A stretch of DNA of 64,000 nucleotides, from IMG/VR virus record IMGVR_UViG_3300005366_000001, positions 1,411 through 65,410 of that record, one strand, 5' to 3'. Source of the DNA: a virus. Taxonomy: Duplodnaviria; Caudoviricetes. Within the stretch, counting starts at the first letter, position 1. Each line of letters starts with the position of its first letter. Positions 36,746 through 46,134 of the stretch are shown here, in pieces. Below the pieces are notes generated by a model. It did no database searches and was not told the origin of the DNA. It saw nothing but the letters and a program-made list of their open reading frames with translations. The position numbers and the translations under genes were made by a program.

Positions 36746-38356
36746 ATGCCACTAAGAGACAACGTTCCCGGTCCCGATACTTTTCTACCTAAACAGGTTG
36801 TGGCGCTCGCTGACGCAATCGATGTAGATATCGATGCGACTCGGAGCGCACTCAGCTTTACTTTCGATGGTACAGAACTTTGGGATAACGGTTATTGGAT
36901 CTCACAAACTGGATTCCATCAACATTCTCCACTGGCTCGTGCACTGTTCATTACCAAAGCTACAAGTGTTGATATTGACGTGTACGCCAACTTTACCCCG
37001 GATTCAGGGACAGCTATTCAAGTTTATGTCAACGGATTTCTACATGCTTCACCCGGTCTATCGTTTAGTTCGGGGGCTCAAACCATCACGCAATCACTAC
37101 CATCGGGATCAAAGTTAGTCACGATTGTTGGCGGCGTGCAGGCGATCATTAGCGGCTCGATCATTGGTACTTTTCTGATTGGGTGCGAGTTCAATCAGCC
37201 AGCTTTGCAAATCCCTCCCGAGGCCCCATCTCGTTTACTGGTTTATGGTGATTCAACCTCTCAGGGTGGAGGGGGTGGAGGTACAGGGAAGAATGTTGAT
37301 ACGGCATGGCCCACTCAGTTTCGAATGCTTTCTACCCGCTCAATAATCGTGGAAGCAGCATCGGGCCGGGCGCTTCATGACGATGCGAGTTTAAGTACTC
37401 CACGCGCAGCCTTTGTTGCCAAACTGGTAGCGATGAATCCGGCGTCTATTCTCTTCCTGATCGGAACTAACGATCACGGAGCCAATGCCTGGAGTGCAGC
37501 CAGTTTCGGCACAGCTTATGCGGCGACAATCGATGATCTCCATACGGCACTCCCGAATATAAGAATCTATTGCATGACTCCTTTGTTCAAAGCAAACAGT
37601 ATTGAAGGCGCAAACGGTTCAGGAAATAATTGCGAGGATTATCGAGAGCAGATTCGGACTATTGCCGCAGCGCGGGCTCCGTGGGCAGTCCTGATCGAAG
37701 GCACTGCGATACTCGGAAAAAACGAGATGCTGAGCGAGTCAAGCACGTGGCTGCATCCTAACGATCTTGGAAATCGCAACCTTGCTTTGTACGTTGACCG
37801 CTTTCTCAGTGGCTCCGACTCAGTAAGGTTCACTCCCGATCCCTTCAGCACTACCGCAGACGTGGTATGGGCTAACACCGCGAACGTAGCAACTACCGGA
37901 AACAGTATTCAAAAGAATGCAGGCACTGACGGGGCGGCAGATGCCGGAGGGTTTTCTACCAAAGCCGTTGGACGGGCGCCTTGGTTCGTTAGCATGAAGA
38001 TTACCGAGACGAACAAAACTAGAGTCTTTGGTGTCTCAAGTACAAGTACGGGAATAAACATCGCCAATATCTTGTACGGCTTTAACATCTTTTCTACCGG
38101 CGCACTGTTGCTGTGGGAGAACGGCACTGGTTACGAATCAGGCGGACAGGCGTATTCAGCAAATGATGTTTACCAAGTAAGATCACCCGATGGAGTAAAT
38201 GTCTATTTTGTGCGGATTCGCAGCGGAGTAGTAACAGTGTTGCGCAAGGCTTCGATACCGATCACGCCTTCAATGTATCCTCTTTTCGTTCAAGCAAACA
38301 TCTTAGGATCCACAGGAACGATCACGGACGCTAAGATTCATGGGCTCTTGCAGTGA
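36746..38356 (+). CDS. Tail spike / receptor-binding protein with SGNH esterase and lectin-like domain
   Basis: VYGDS, ASG, IGTND, LHPN blocks; C-terminal beta domain. Confidence 0.8.
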   Translation: MPLRDNVPGPDTFLPKQVVALADAIDVDIDATRSALSFTFDGTELWDNGYWISQTGFHQHSPLARALFITKATSVDIDVYANFTPDSGTAIQVYVNGFLHASPGLSFSSGAQTITQSLPSGSKLVTIVGGVQAIISGSIIGTFLIGCEFNQPALQIPPEAPSRLLVYGDSTSQGGGGGGTGKNVDTAWPTQFRMLSTRSIIVEAASGRALHDDASLSTPRAAFVAKLVAMNPASILFLIGTNDHGANAWSAASFGTAYAATIDDLHTALPNIRIYCMTPLFKANSIEGANGSGNNCEDYREQIRTIAAARAPWAVLIEGTAILGKNEMLSESSTWLHPNDLGNRNLALYVDRFLSGSDSVRFTPDPFSTTADVVWANTANVATTGNSIQKNAGTDGAADAGGFSTKAVGRAPWFVSMKITETNKTRVFGVSSTSTGINIANILYGFNIFSTGALLLWENGTGYESGGQAYSANDVYQVRSPDGVNVYFVRIRSGVVTVLRKASIPITPSMYPLFVQANILGSTGTITDAKIHGLLQ

Positions 38357-38358
38357 CC

Positions 38359-38650
38359 TCAAGGGGTGAGACAATGCTCTGCCTCCGCTTCGCCTTCGCC
38401 TATAATTTCCCTTATCCCGGCCCAACGGTTGTTACGGCCTTCTATAGCAAGTTCGATGTTCTCAATGCGTCGATGGAGATCCATTGCACATTCGCTAACC
38501 GAGATAATTGGCCCTGACATAAATGCACCCTCGCAGCGTATTCCGGCATCGTGCAAGCGCCTACAAATACAAGACGGGCAGAGCAACCCTCCGTCGTCTT
38601 TTGTGGGCGAGATTTTCTTCCATGCCCAGTAGGGGATGACAATAACATCG
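38359..38650 (-). pseudogene. Remnant of a small Cys-containing phage gene
   Basis: Frame VIPYWAWKKISPTKDDGGLLCPSCICRRL lacks an in-frame ATG; the upstream ATG is out of frame. Confidence 0.4.
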
Positions 38651-38974
38651 TGCGACGTTCTCCTCGGTCATTGTCATTCTTCTCCATTCGTCTTTGATGA
38701 AAACCTCTTTGTCCGAGACCAACGTTATCGAACCAACACCGAACGCGGCTGCCGCACAGATTCTTTACGAGACGACACAGGTTGAGCAGCGTTAACTACT
38801 TTGGGCTTCGTTTGCTCAATAGGGACTTGCTGACAGTTACAAGTAGTTGTTCCATCTGCGTACATGAACAGAAAACACATAACAGTAATGGTAAGAAAGT
38901 CGATCATCTCCTTTGCTCCTTTGTTTTGTATAAGTGGGAAGTGGGCTGGGTCCACTTCCCCCTTTCGTTGAGTT

Positions 38975-39364
38975 TCAAAAGACAACGAAGACCGGGCATC
39001 CCCACGCCGCCATACAGCCGTTGTAGATCTGGTTGCTCCTATCCATACAACTAGACCAATTTTGATTCCCTTCAATCAGCAAGCAAGACTTCAGGTAAGC
39101 GGCCTCTTGCGCCTGGCAGTCCTGGTTGGCCTGTATGTAGCTTGGACATGTGGCGCATTCTCCGGTTGGCGCGATCATCTCAAGCGTCGACTCAATAGGC
39201 GTTAAACCCGCATGTTGTTGCGCTGCGCTGTCTTGTAATTCGTTGAGGCCAGCGGTCGTCTGTCTTCCGTGTTGGCGGGCGGGAATAGCTGCTATGGCCA
39301 GCAAACCGAGCAAGCCCAGCGACAATAAGATCACACGTAGGTTCCGGGTTGATATAAACTTCAT
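38975..39364 (-). CDS. Secreted cysteine-rich protein (moron-like)
   Basis: Signal-like N-terminus, 7 Cys in the C-terminal half; AAGGA RBS. Confidence 0.7.
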   Translation of the reverse strand: MKFISTRNLRVILLSLGLLGLLAIAAIPARQHGRQTTAGLNELQDSAAQQHAGLTPIESTLEMIAPTGECATCPSYIQANQDCQAQEAAYLKSCLLIEGNQNWSSCMDRSNQIYNGCMAAWGCPVFVVF

Positions 39365-39555
39365 TTCGTGAGTTTCCTTTCTCTGAGTTTAAGGGTTTAG
39401 GATTTAAGGAGCCGGACGCAACCGCACTCCCTATGACTTTCCTTCCAAGTGAACTGTGGCTTTGCCTCATAAATGAAAGTTACCGTAATAATCCGCGAGA
39501 TTTTTCAAAAATCAGATTGACCGCTTCGCGCCGCGAGCGCAAAGGTCTTTTCAAA

Positions 39556-39798
39556 TTAGAATTCTAAAATCAAATCATCGTCAATGATTACCTCTACGCG
39601 CACTCCAGCAACGCGGGAGTATGCGAGCAAGATTGCAAGTGGTGGCTCGTTGACACCGTGCTCATACTTGCTGATGTTGTTATATGGGATCATTCCGTCA
39701 AAGCGTTTCGCCAGTTGCGGCTGAGAGAGTCCGAGTGTCAATCGGATCTGTAACAGCTTCGCTGCCAAGTGCTTTGGGCGTGGTCTTGCGTGGCCCAT
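39556..39798 (-). CDS. Xre-family HTH regulator
   Basis: LLQIRLTLGLSQPQLA...ISKYEHGVNEPPL. Confidence 0.9.
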   Translation of the reverse strand: MGHARPRPKHLAAKLLQIRLTLGLSQPQLAKRFDGMIPYNNISKYEHGVNEPPLAILLAYSRVAGVRVEVIIDDDLILEF

Positions 39799-40109
39799 TA
39801 GAGTCTCACTCCTAACGTCTCGATCAACGCTTCCTGTGCCCTTGTGGCGCGTCCTTCGATAGCAACGCGATACAGTTCATAAGCGCCTTTGTGGAAGTCG
39901 CTGTGCGAGTACAGAACCTCTGCCGCTTCATCTATCGCGGAGAGTGCCTGTGGCACGTCCGGAGTCTTACTCTTTAGGCTTTGACTCAGAATCATCAAAA
40001 GACGCCCTAGACTAAGGGCCGCTTCGGGATGTCCCGCGTAAGGCTCAAAAGCAATTTGCCAGTCCTCGGTGTCCAGTGACGGATTCTCGGTGTTAGGATT
40101 GTCTTGCAT
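39798..40109 (-). CDS. Hypothetical protein, probably antisense-controlled
   Basis: 103 aa, GAGGAG RBS, coupled to the Xre gene. Confidence 0.75.
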   Translation of the reverse strand: MQDNPNTENPSLDTEDWQIAFEPYAGHPEAALSLGRLLMILSQSLKSKTPDVPQALSAIDEAAEVLYSHSDFHKGAYELYRVAIEGRATRAQEALIETLGVRL

Positions 40110-40186
40110 GGTCGAACTCCTCTTATCCAGGATTCGGCTGTGAAGGGATTGGCGAGTGTTGATAGCACTTGCCAGTCCCGCCTCTT
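40107..40186 (+). ncRNA. SymR-like cis-antisense RNA (putative)
   Basis: TG-t-TAGGAT -10; two hairpins whose G-U pairs work on the + strand; the first loop carries anti-SD CUCCUC. Confidence 0.6.
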
Positions 40187-40268
40187 GCGAGGCTGCCCAC
40201 TATAGAGACATTGTTTCATCCGTGCAAGCTTTAACTACGGGTAGGCTTCTAATTGCGTGGTGCTAAGT

Positions 40269-40760
40269 CTATGCTGAAAACCCCGGCTTCTTGCGGATTA
40301 GCTTGGATTCGTAGAGTTCGTTGATGAATGCGGAGAAATCGTCCGCTAATTGAACAGCCGAGATCGAAACCGCAGACATGTCGATATTTTCTGTGTCTGT
40401 GCGCGCATCCTTTGCCTTGAATTTCAACCTTGAAGGAGCGCCGCTATCAAAGTCTACAAACCACCATGAATGGACAATTCGATTTCGATCAGCATTGATC
40501 TTTTGCGCTCTGGAAATCAAATGGTCAAATCTTTTGACTGTCTCGGGAACCTTAACTTCGTAGTGAAAGATAGACGATAGAAGATCAAGCAGTTTGCTAA
40601 AGGGGACCATAGCTGTAACGCGCTGGCCGATATTCTCATCAGTAGCGGCCATGATCCAGATCAGTCGGACGATCAGAAATTCGAGATGTTGGAAATTTAC
40701 GACTACTCGACCTACATCTCTTACGTGATCTTCAGGTAGTAACGATTTGTTTGCCATCAT
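40269..40760 (-). CDS. Hypothetical protein, HEPN-like (RNxxxH)
   Basis: DRNRIVH motif; VGRVVVNFQHLE N-terminus. Confidence 0.6.
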   Translation of the reverse strand: MMANKSLLPEDHVRDVGRVVVNFQHLEFLIVRLIWIMAATDENIGQRVTAMVPFSKLLDLLSSIFHYEVKVPETVKRFDHLISRAQKINADRNRIVHSWWFVDFDSGAPSRLKFKAKDARTDTENIDMSAVSISAVQLADDFSAFINELYESKLIRKKPGFSA

Positions 40761-41233
40761 GCCGCTTGCTTCTTGCTCTTTGCAATGTGCTCTTGTTCGG
40801 CAACGTCTGGCCCAAAGTCGAGCGGTAACTGTATCGACTCGCCTTTGTTGTAGAACTCGTTAAAGCTATCCACGTCCTGTTTGAGTTGATAACAGTCACC
40901 GATGATTTGATTGCGGCGTTGCCTAAAGGCGGTTTCGATAAACGAGTGGGCGGCCTTCCTCATGTCGCCCCACAGCGTTACCAGCTTGCCGCCTCGACGG
41001 ACTCTGGCCGCATGGTTCATCCGAACACGCCGACCGCTTGGATCGTCCTCAAAGTGCTCGCGCAGCGCCTCAGCGAAATCTTGCGCGCACTGGTTTAATG
41101 CCGCTTCATCGTGACGTTGCCACTTCTCATTGATGATTGCCCATCGTGCCATTTCACGTGTGGTCGCGGTTCGCTTACCTGTGGCCTCGCAAAACTCGAA
41201 GTACAGGTCTAACATTTGTTGCTTGTAACTCAT
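40757..41233 (-). CDS. Conserved hypothetical protein
   Basis: 158 aa, AGGA RBS, in an operon behind the Xre-peptidase gene. Confidence 0.75.
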   Translation of the reverse strand: MSYKQQMLDLYFEFCEATGKRTATTREMARWAIINEKWQRHDEAALNQCAQDFAEALREHFEDDPSGRRVRMNHAARVRRGGKLVTLWGDMRKAAHSFIETAFRQRRNQIIGDCYQLKQDVDSFNEFYNKGESIQLPLDFGPDVAEQEHIAKSKKQAA

Positions 41234-41242
41234 GTCAAATCC

Positions 41243-42382
41243 TCATGCTACACGGCGGTTACTATCGTTAAGGCTGGGTTTATAGCCCCAGCCATCGGTT
41301 AAGGCTGAATCCGAAATCAGGTGTCTAACCTTAACGAGTAAGTCTCTATACTGAGAGTAGGGGATCTCGCCTCGGTATTGCAGTTGGCCCACAACAATTC
41401 CCGCGTTGGCGTTCTTTAGCTCTGCAAAGGCTTTAATCTTGCGCTTGGAGTAAAGCGGCCTAACACGAGCTATAAAGTTTTCTAAGTCCGCTTTCTTTAC
41501 AGCAAACTCAGCCGCAAAAAGATCGGCTCGCTTTTCCATTTCCGGCTTGTCATTCATGTACTTGGCGTCCTCGCCGACAAGGTTTAAATCCAGGATCGGA
41601 TTGTCTTGTCCCTCATGGTGCTTAACGTGGTGCATTTCATGTAAGAGCGTGTGCCAAAACCCATCTATCCGATCTAATCGTTGCGAAAGACCGATCACAG
41701 GTGAGGTTCTATCTAGCCATGTACAAACGCCATCAATTCGCGTTGTCGGCAAAGCCTCAACTAAAACAAATCGAATACCGCTCTCCGAGAGAATACGCGG
41801 CACATGCCTGACTTCTTCAGGATCGCGCATCAACGGACGCAAGTTTTCCAGTGCCTCGTTGCAACGACGATCCGTGTATTTAACAGCAGGAACATATTGA
41901 GCCAATTGACGCACGCGAACCATCCACGCGACTTGCGCCGAAGTTGCTTCCATTTCAGACGCCGACTTTCTCGCCGCAAAATTGATCTTTGGCTGCTCTT
42001 CCATTGAGGCAATCCCTAAGAACTTGCAGATCCGTTCCTCTAACAAGCCCATGTCGGCGCTCGGCTCAATCCAGCCCCGTTTGATCATGTCTTTGACCGG
42101 ATAGTTTTCATAAAGCCGAAGCCGTTGGGTTACGCCCCCGTTATCGTGCTCAAGTTTCGTTAGGCGATAAGCGGCCTCTAACGCAAGCCAGTATTCGGCT
42201 GTATTACCTAGTGCGGTTGCTAACCCCTGAGCAACCTCAGGATTAATCGGCTTTGTGCCAGCCACTAAGCCGCTGACCTCGGAAGGGTGGCGTCCGAGGA
42301 TGAACGCTAGATCGCGTTGCTCCCAGCCGCGACGCTCTAGTTCTTCCTTTATTACTGAACCGGGAATAATGATCTCACTCAT
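41243..42382 (-). CDS. HigA-like Xre HTH fused to ImmA/IrrE Zn-metallopeptidase
   Basis: PGSVIKEELERRGWEQRDLA HTH; RIDGFWHTLLHEMHH (HExxH); EKRAD. Confidence 0.9.
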   Translation of the reverse strand: MSEIIIPGSVIKEELERRGWEQRDLAFILGRHPSEVSGLVAGTKPINPEVAQGLATALGNTAEYWLALEAAYRLTKLEHDNGGVTQRLRLYENYPVKDMIKRGWIEPSADMGLLEERICKFLGIASMEEQPKINFAARKSASEMEATSAQVAWMVRVRQLAQYVPAVKYTDRRCNEALENLRPLMRDPEEVRHVPRILSESGIRFVLVEALPTTRIDGVCTWLDRTSPVIGLSQRLDRIDGFWHTLLHEMHHVKHHEGQDNPILDLNLVGEDAKYMNDKPEMEKRADLFAAEFAVKKADLENFIARVRPLYSKRKIKAFAELKNANAGIVVGQLQYRGEIPYSQYRDLLVKVRHLISDSALTDGWGYKPSLNDSNRRVA

Positions 42383-42421
42383 GAATCCTCCTTTGAGAGA
42401 GACTGGTTTGGAACGGACTGG

Positions 42422-42519
42422 ATTGTCTCACCATAAGGCGGGCTTGTCAATTCACTAATTCATGAATTCATGAATTAGTGAATTACACTCTCGACAAAAC
42501 GAGGACCAAAGAGTATAAT
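42422..42519. promoter_or_regulatory. Divergent sigma70 promoters flanking a perfect 36-bp palindrome
   Basis: Minus strand TTGACA(42450-45)-17-GACAAT; plus strand TCGACA(42491)-17-TATAAT(42514); palindrome at 42449-42484. Confidence 0.8.
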
Positions 42520-42653
42520 TCCGGCATCGAAAAAGCCCTGCCAGTTGCTTGTAACAACCGACAGGGCCATTGAAAATCAAACGCGATTGCTCACGAGTGA
42601 CTTCCAGCGACTTCATTGTGAGCCATCGCCTAACCAAAAGGCAAGAGGACACA

Positions 42654-43910
42654 ATGACACTGACAGACCGCCAGATCACTGACCGCGAAATCAAAGCACT
42701 CCAGATCGCCGCTAAGACTCAACTGAAACGCAAAGGCAAAAGCAACGTGTGGTTGGTTCCATCGCAAGCGGGCCACGGCGAATATGAAGTCCGCCCCGAT
42801 CCGCAAGCGCCGCGATGCACATGCCCTGACTACGAATTCAGAAACGCTCGCTGCAAACATATCGTTGCGGTCGAATACGTTTTGATGCGCGAACAGAAAC
42901 CGGATGGCAGCACGGTTGTCACCGAGACAGTGAAGGTCACGCGACAGACTTATTCGCAGAATTGGAAAGCCTACAACTACAGCCAAACGCACGAGAAATC
43001 AGAACTGCAAGCGTTGCTGTATGAACTCTGCAAAAACATTCCTGAATCTGAGAAACCAAGAGGCAAGGGCAGACCGTCGCTATCGTTGCCGGACATCATT
43101 TTCTCCAGCGTGACGAAAATCTATAGCACGATCTCAGGGCGACGCTTTGACACGGATCTCCGCGACGCAAAGGCGCGTGGCTATCTGATGCGACTGCCGC
43201 ATTACAATTCAGTGTTTCGTTATCTCGAATCAGAAGCATTGACACCTTACCTCTACGAACTGATTACGCTGAGCGCAGCGCCGCTCAAATCGATTGAATC
43301 AGACTTTGCGGTTGATAGTTCAGGATTCAGCACCGGACAGTTTATGCGCTGGCTGGATGTCAAATACGGCACTAAGGAAGATCGTCGCCAGTGGCTCAAG
43401 CTACACTTAATGGTGGGCGTCAAAACGAACATCGTCACGAGCGTTGAAGTCAGCGACGGTTATGCACATGATTATCCGTTCTACAAAGGTTTGGTTGATC
43501 GCACGGCTGACAGTGGATTCAAGATGAAAGAGGTAAGCGCAGACAAGGGCTATCTCGGTGCAACGAACATGCTGGCGACGCTGCAACGCGGCGCGATCCC
43601 TTACATTCCATTCAAATCGAATTCAGTGCCGGACTCACGCGGAAGCTATGGCCCTAAATCAGAACTTTGGACGCGCATGTATCACTTTTACGCGCTCCAT
43701 CGTGCAGAGTTTCTACAGCACTATCACAAGCGGTCCAACATCGAAACAACCTTCCATATGATCAAGGCGAAGTTCGGTCAACGGCTGCGAAGTCGAACAC
43801 TCACGGCACAGATTAACGAGGCTCTTTGTAAGGTACTTTGTCATAACCTCTGCGTGGTGATCCAGTCCGTGCATGAACTAGGGATTGAAACAAACTTCGA
43901 GGCAGCGTGA
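42654..43910 (+). CDS. DDE transposase (IS4/IS5-like DDE_Tnp_1) with N-terminal SWIM Zn finger
   Basis: SWIM CTCPDY...CKH; AVDSSGF, KLHL, SADKGY, YHKRSNIETTF; GAGG before ATG 42654. Confidence 0.9.
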   Translation: MTLTDRQITDREIKALQIAAKTQLKRKGKSNVWLVPSQAGHGEYEVRPDPQAPRCTCPDYEFRNARCKHIVAVEYVLMREQKPDGSTVVTETVKVTRQTYSQNWKAYNYSQTHEKSELQALLYELCKNIPESEKPRGKGRPSLSLPDIIFSSVTKIYSTISGRRFDTDLRDAKARGYLMRLPHYNSVFRYLESEALTPYLYELITLSAAPLKSIESDFAVDSSGFSTGQFMRWLDVKYGTKEDRRQWLKLHLMVGVKTNIVTSVEVSDGYAHDYPFYKGLVDRTADSGFKMKEVSADKGYLGATNMLATLQRGAIPYIPFKSNSVPDSRGSYGPKSELWTRMYHFYALHRAEFLQHYHKRSNIETTFHMIKAKFGQRLRSRTLTAQINEALCKVLCHNLCVVIQSVHELGIETNFEAA

Positions 43911-43931
43911 GACAAGATGCAAGCGTGGTTG

Positions 43932-44750
43932 CTACTTTTCGTCATAGCTATCGAGCAGAGCAGGCATTACGTAAACGTGATGAAAGAATTGCTCGACACA
44001 AGCAATCATCGCTTGCGCGTCTTTTTCTTCAAACGAATTCAGATCATCGTTGTCGTCACCGTGTAATTTTTCATTCGCGGTGAGCCTTACTCGGTGAGCC
44101 ATTCTCTTTAACGGTTCGGTAATTTTCCCTTGAGTAAATAGGTCGTCGATCTTCGCGTTAAGATTCTTACCTTTGGCTCCTAACTGCTTACAGCTCGCCT
44201 CGACCGATCTCCGGCACATCGCAACGGATGCTTTGTACGACTTAACCCAAAAACAGCGCATGGCCTCCGCAAAATCTTCGGCTATATCTTGGGGGACGCT
44301 TGAGTCAACAACATCTTGAGGCTTACCTACAGGATAATGATGCAGATAGCCGAGTTTTGATGGCTCATTAAGGCTGCGCGTTTTTAGGGCTGTCGCTAGA
44401 ATGTGCTCAAGACATCCTTGACACTGCATCCCAACAGCAAGTCTCTGCGCCCACTGTCCAAGTTCTTCCGCGTGGACCGTCGTTACTTGTATAAAGACGG
44501 TTCCTTGTTGACAGTGCGGACACGTGCCTCGCAGAGAAAATTTGCCGGATTCAGCTTCGAGTTCTGTAAGGTCCATGTGCTTAGGCCAGTCTTTCCAGAG
44601 AACGGCCAACGAGTCACAAAGAAAAGAAATTAGGGAGCGCCCGTCTTGGTTGAAGTTCTCCGGCGCATTGTCTACTGATTCAACGCTTTTTCCAAGTCCT
44701 AACATTTTCATTAAAAGGGCAGGATCGATAGTTTCAGTAATAATCACCAT
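43932..44750 (-). CDS. DUF4145-domain protein
   Basis: CPHC/CQGC; EAMRC...ASVAMCRRSVE...LNAKIDDL...RLTANEKLH. Confidence 0.8.
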   Translation of the reverse strand: MVIITETIDPALLMKMLGLGKSVESVDNAPENFNQDGRSLISFLCDSLAVLWKDWPKHMDLTELEAESGKFSLRGTCPHCQQGTVFIQVTTVHAEELGQWAQRLAVGMQCQGCLEHILATALKTRSLNEPSKLGYLHHYPVGKPQDVVDSSVPQDIAEDFAEAMRCFWVKSYKASVAMCRRSVEASCKQLGAKGKNLNAKIDDLFTQGKITEPLKRMAHRVRLTANEKLHGDDNDDLNSFEEKDAQAMIACVEQFFHHVYVMPALLDSYDEK

Positions 44751-45288
44751 TTATGAGGCAAAGCCCCGTTTGCCCGTTCGCAGCCGGGCTTTCGCCAATC
44801 GACGAACCTTCCGATTCCGATGTGCGGTTGATCTCTTGCCCATGACTCAGCCTCTCCAATTCAACGATGCGCTCTCGTGCAGCCTTTAATGCCCCCTTCA
44901 CGATTCGGTGCGCTTGTAGCGACACGGTTGGCTCCTTGCGGACTAACGGCACGTCGTGGATCTCGCTATCAATTTCTTTGTTGCCGTTCTCTGTGAGTAG
45001 GGCCTGAATACCAATCTTCAGACCAGTATCGAACTGCATCCGCATCAATAGGCCGATATACTTGCCGATAATCAACCGTTGGCCTTCTGTCAGCCCGTGC
45101 ATGATTTCGCCAAATTCTTTCTTTAGCCGCTCGATTGATTTGCGCTGCCTGTCCGTCAACCCGCTCCGGTGCATCCAGTAACGTTTGACGAGCGATGCTA
45201 TGTGGTCTGTAAATCCTTCGGTCCCGAGCAGTCGGGCGATCACGACGGCGCTGTTAACTCGTGGTTTTGGGTTTCCAGTATCAGGCAT
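44734..45288 (-). CDS. Hypothetical protein
   Basis: 184 aa; AGGAG RBS. Confidence 0.7.
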   Translation of the reverse strand: MPDTGNPKPRVNSAVVIARLLGTEGFTDHIASLVKRYWMHRSGLTDRQRKSIERLKKEFGEIMHGLTEGQRLIIGKYIGLLMRMQFDTGLKIGIQALLTENGNKEIDSEIHDVPLVRKEPTVSLQAHRIVKGALKAARERIVELERLSHGQEINRTSESEGSSIGESPAANGQTGLCLINGDYY

Positions 45289-45314
45289 CTTGCTCCTAGT
45301 CTAAGGGATTTAGG

Positions 45315-45749
45315 CTACGCTGCTTCCTTAAACTCATGAAAGCCCGGCGTACTTGATAAATGGTGAATGTTGTCATCTGCCGATTTCACGCACTGCACAC
45401 ATGATCCAGACTGAATTTCTTTCGCCTTCTTTACGCCCTCGGCGATGTTGGTTTTCACAGCATCAGGTAGAACTTTCTTAGCCCGAGACTTCCTTAACTG
45501 AAACTTGTGTTGATACTCACCGGGGCCATGTATCGGATCATTCTCCGCGGCCCCGCAGACTTCGCTATCTGTGAGCGGGAACTTACAAGGATGACTCTCC
45601 ATTGCCTTGATGTTTGCCGGCGCAGATTGAGATCCTTCTGCTAGTGGAATAAACTCATCCAAGATTAGATCGAGTACGTCTTTGTTCTTTCGCAACTCTG
45701 CGATTATTTCCTTTGCTCGATTTTGGATTAGTGGAATTCTGCTTCTCAT
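45315..45749 (-). CDS. Hypothetical protein with two C/H metal-binding motifs
   Basis: CGAAENDPIH and CVKSADDNIH; likely ATG 45749 behind GAGG. Confidence 0.65.
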   Translation of the reverse strand: MRSRIPLIQNRAKEIIAELRKNKDVLDLILDEFIPLAEGSQSAPANIKAMESHPCKFPLTDSEVCGAAENDPIHGPGEYQHKFQLRKSRAKKVLPDAVKTNIAEGVKKAKEIQSGSCVQCVKSADDNIHHLSSTPGFHEFKEAA

Positions 45750-45769
45750 AAACGTTCGTCCTCTCAATA

Positions 45770-46024
45770 TCAGATTGCCGGTTGAAACTCGCCCCACTCT
45801 GGCTTGTGGTCCGCAAGTAGAGCCGCGTTAAAGTCGGCCATGTTCTTAATTGAATTCCATCGCTCAGCGAGTGTCTTATGGACCGGACATTGAGCACTCG
45901 GACGCGCCTGACGAGAGCCAAGCGGAATCAACGCCCCAAAGCAGGTACAAAGCCCACGCTTAGCTGCCAGATCCGCGATACTCAAATGGCAGTCGCATTG
46001 TGGATTGTCACACGTCTCATTCAT
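45770..46024 (-). CDS. Cys-rich hypothetical protein
   Basis: 84 aa; GAGGG RBS. Confidence 0.6.
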   Translation of the reverse strand: MNETCDNPQCDCHLSIADLAAKRGLCTCFGALIPLGSRQARPSAQCPVHKTLAERWNSIKNMADFNAALLADHKPEWGEFQPAI

Positions 46025-46134
46025 CGTTTTACCCTCTCAGTTAAAAACAATGGGCGATGAAGTTTCCCCCGACACCGCCCATCTCAAATAACGTCTCAAT
46101 GGTTTGTCACCGCCCCAAGACGCTATCAAGAGGA

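Noticed and set aside
40200-45310. Ordinary IS or cargo transposon bounded by terminal inverted repeats
   Set aside because: No matching inverted ends or target duplication found by eye at the plausible boundaries; not excluded computationally.
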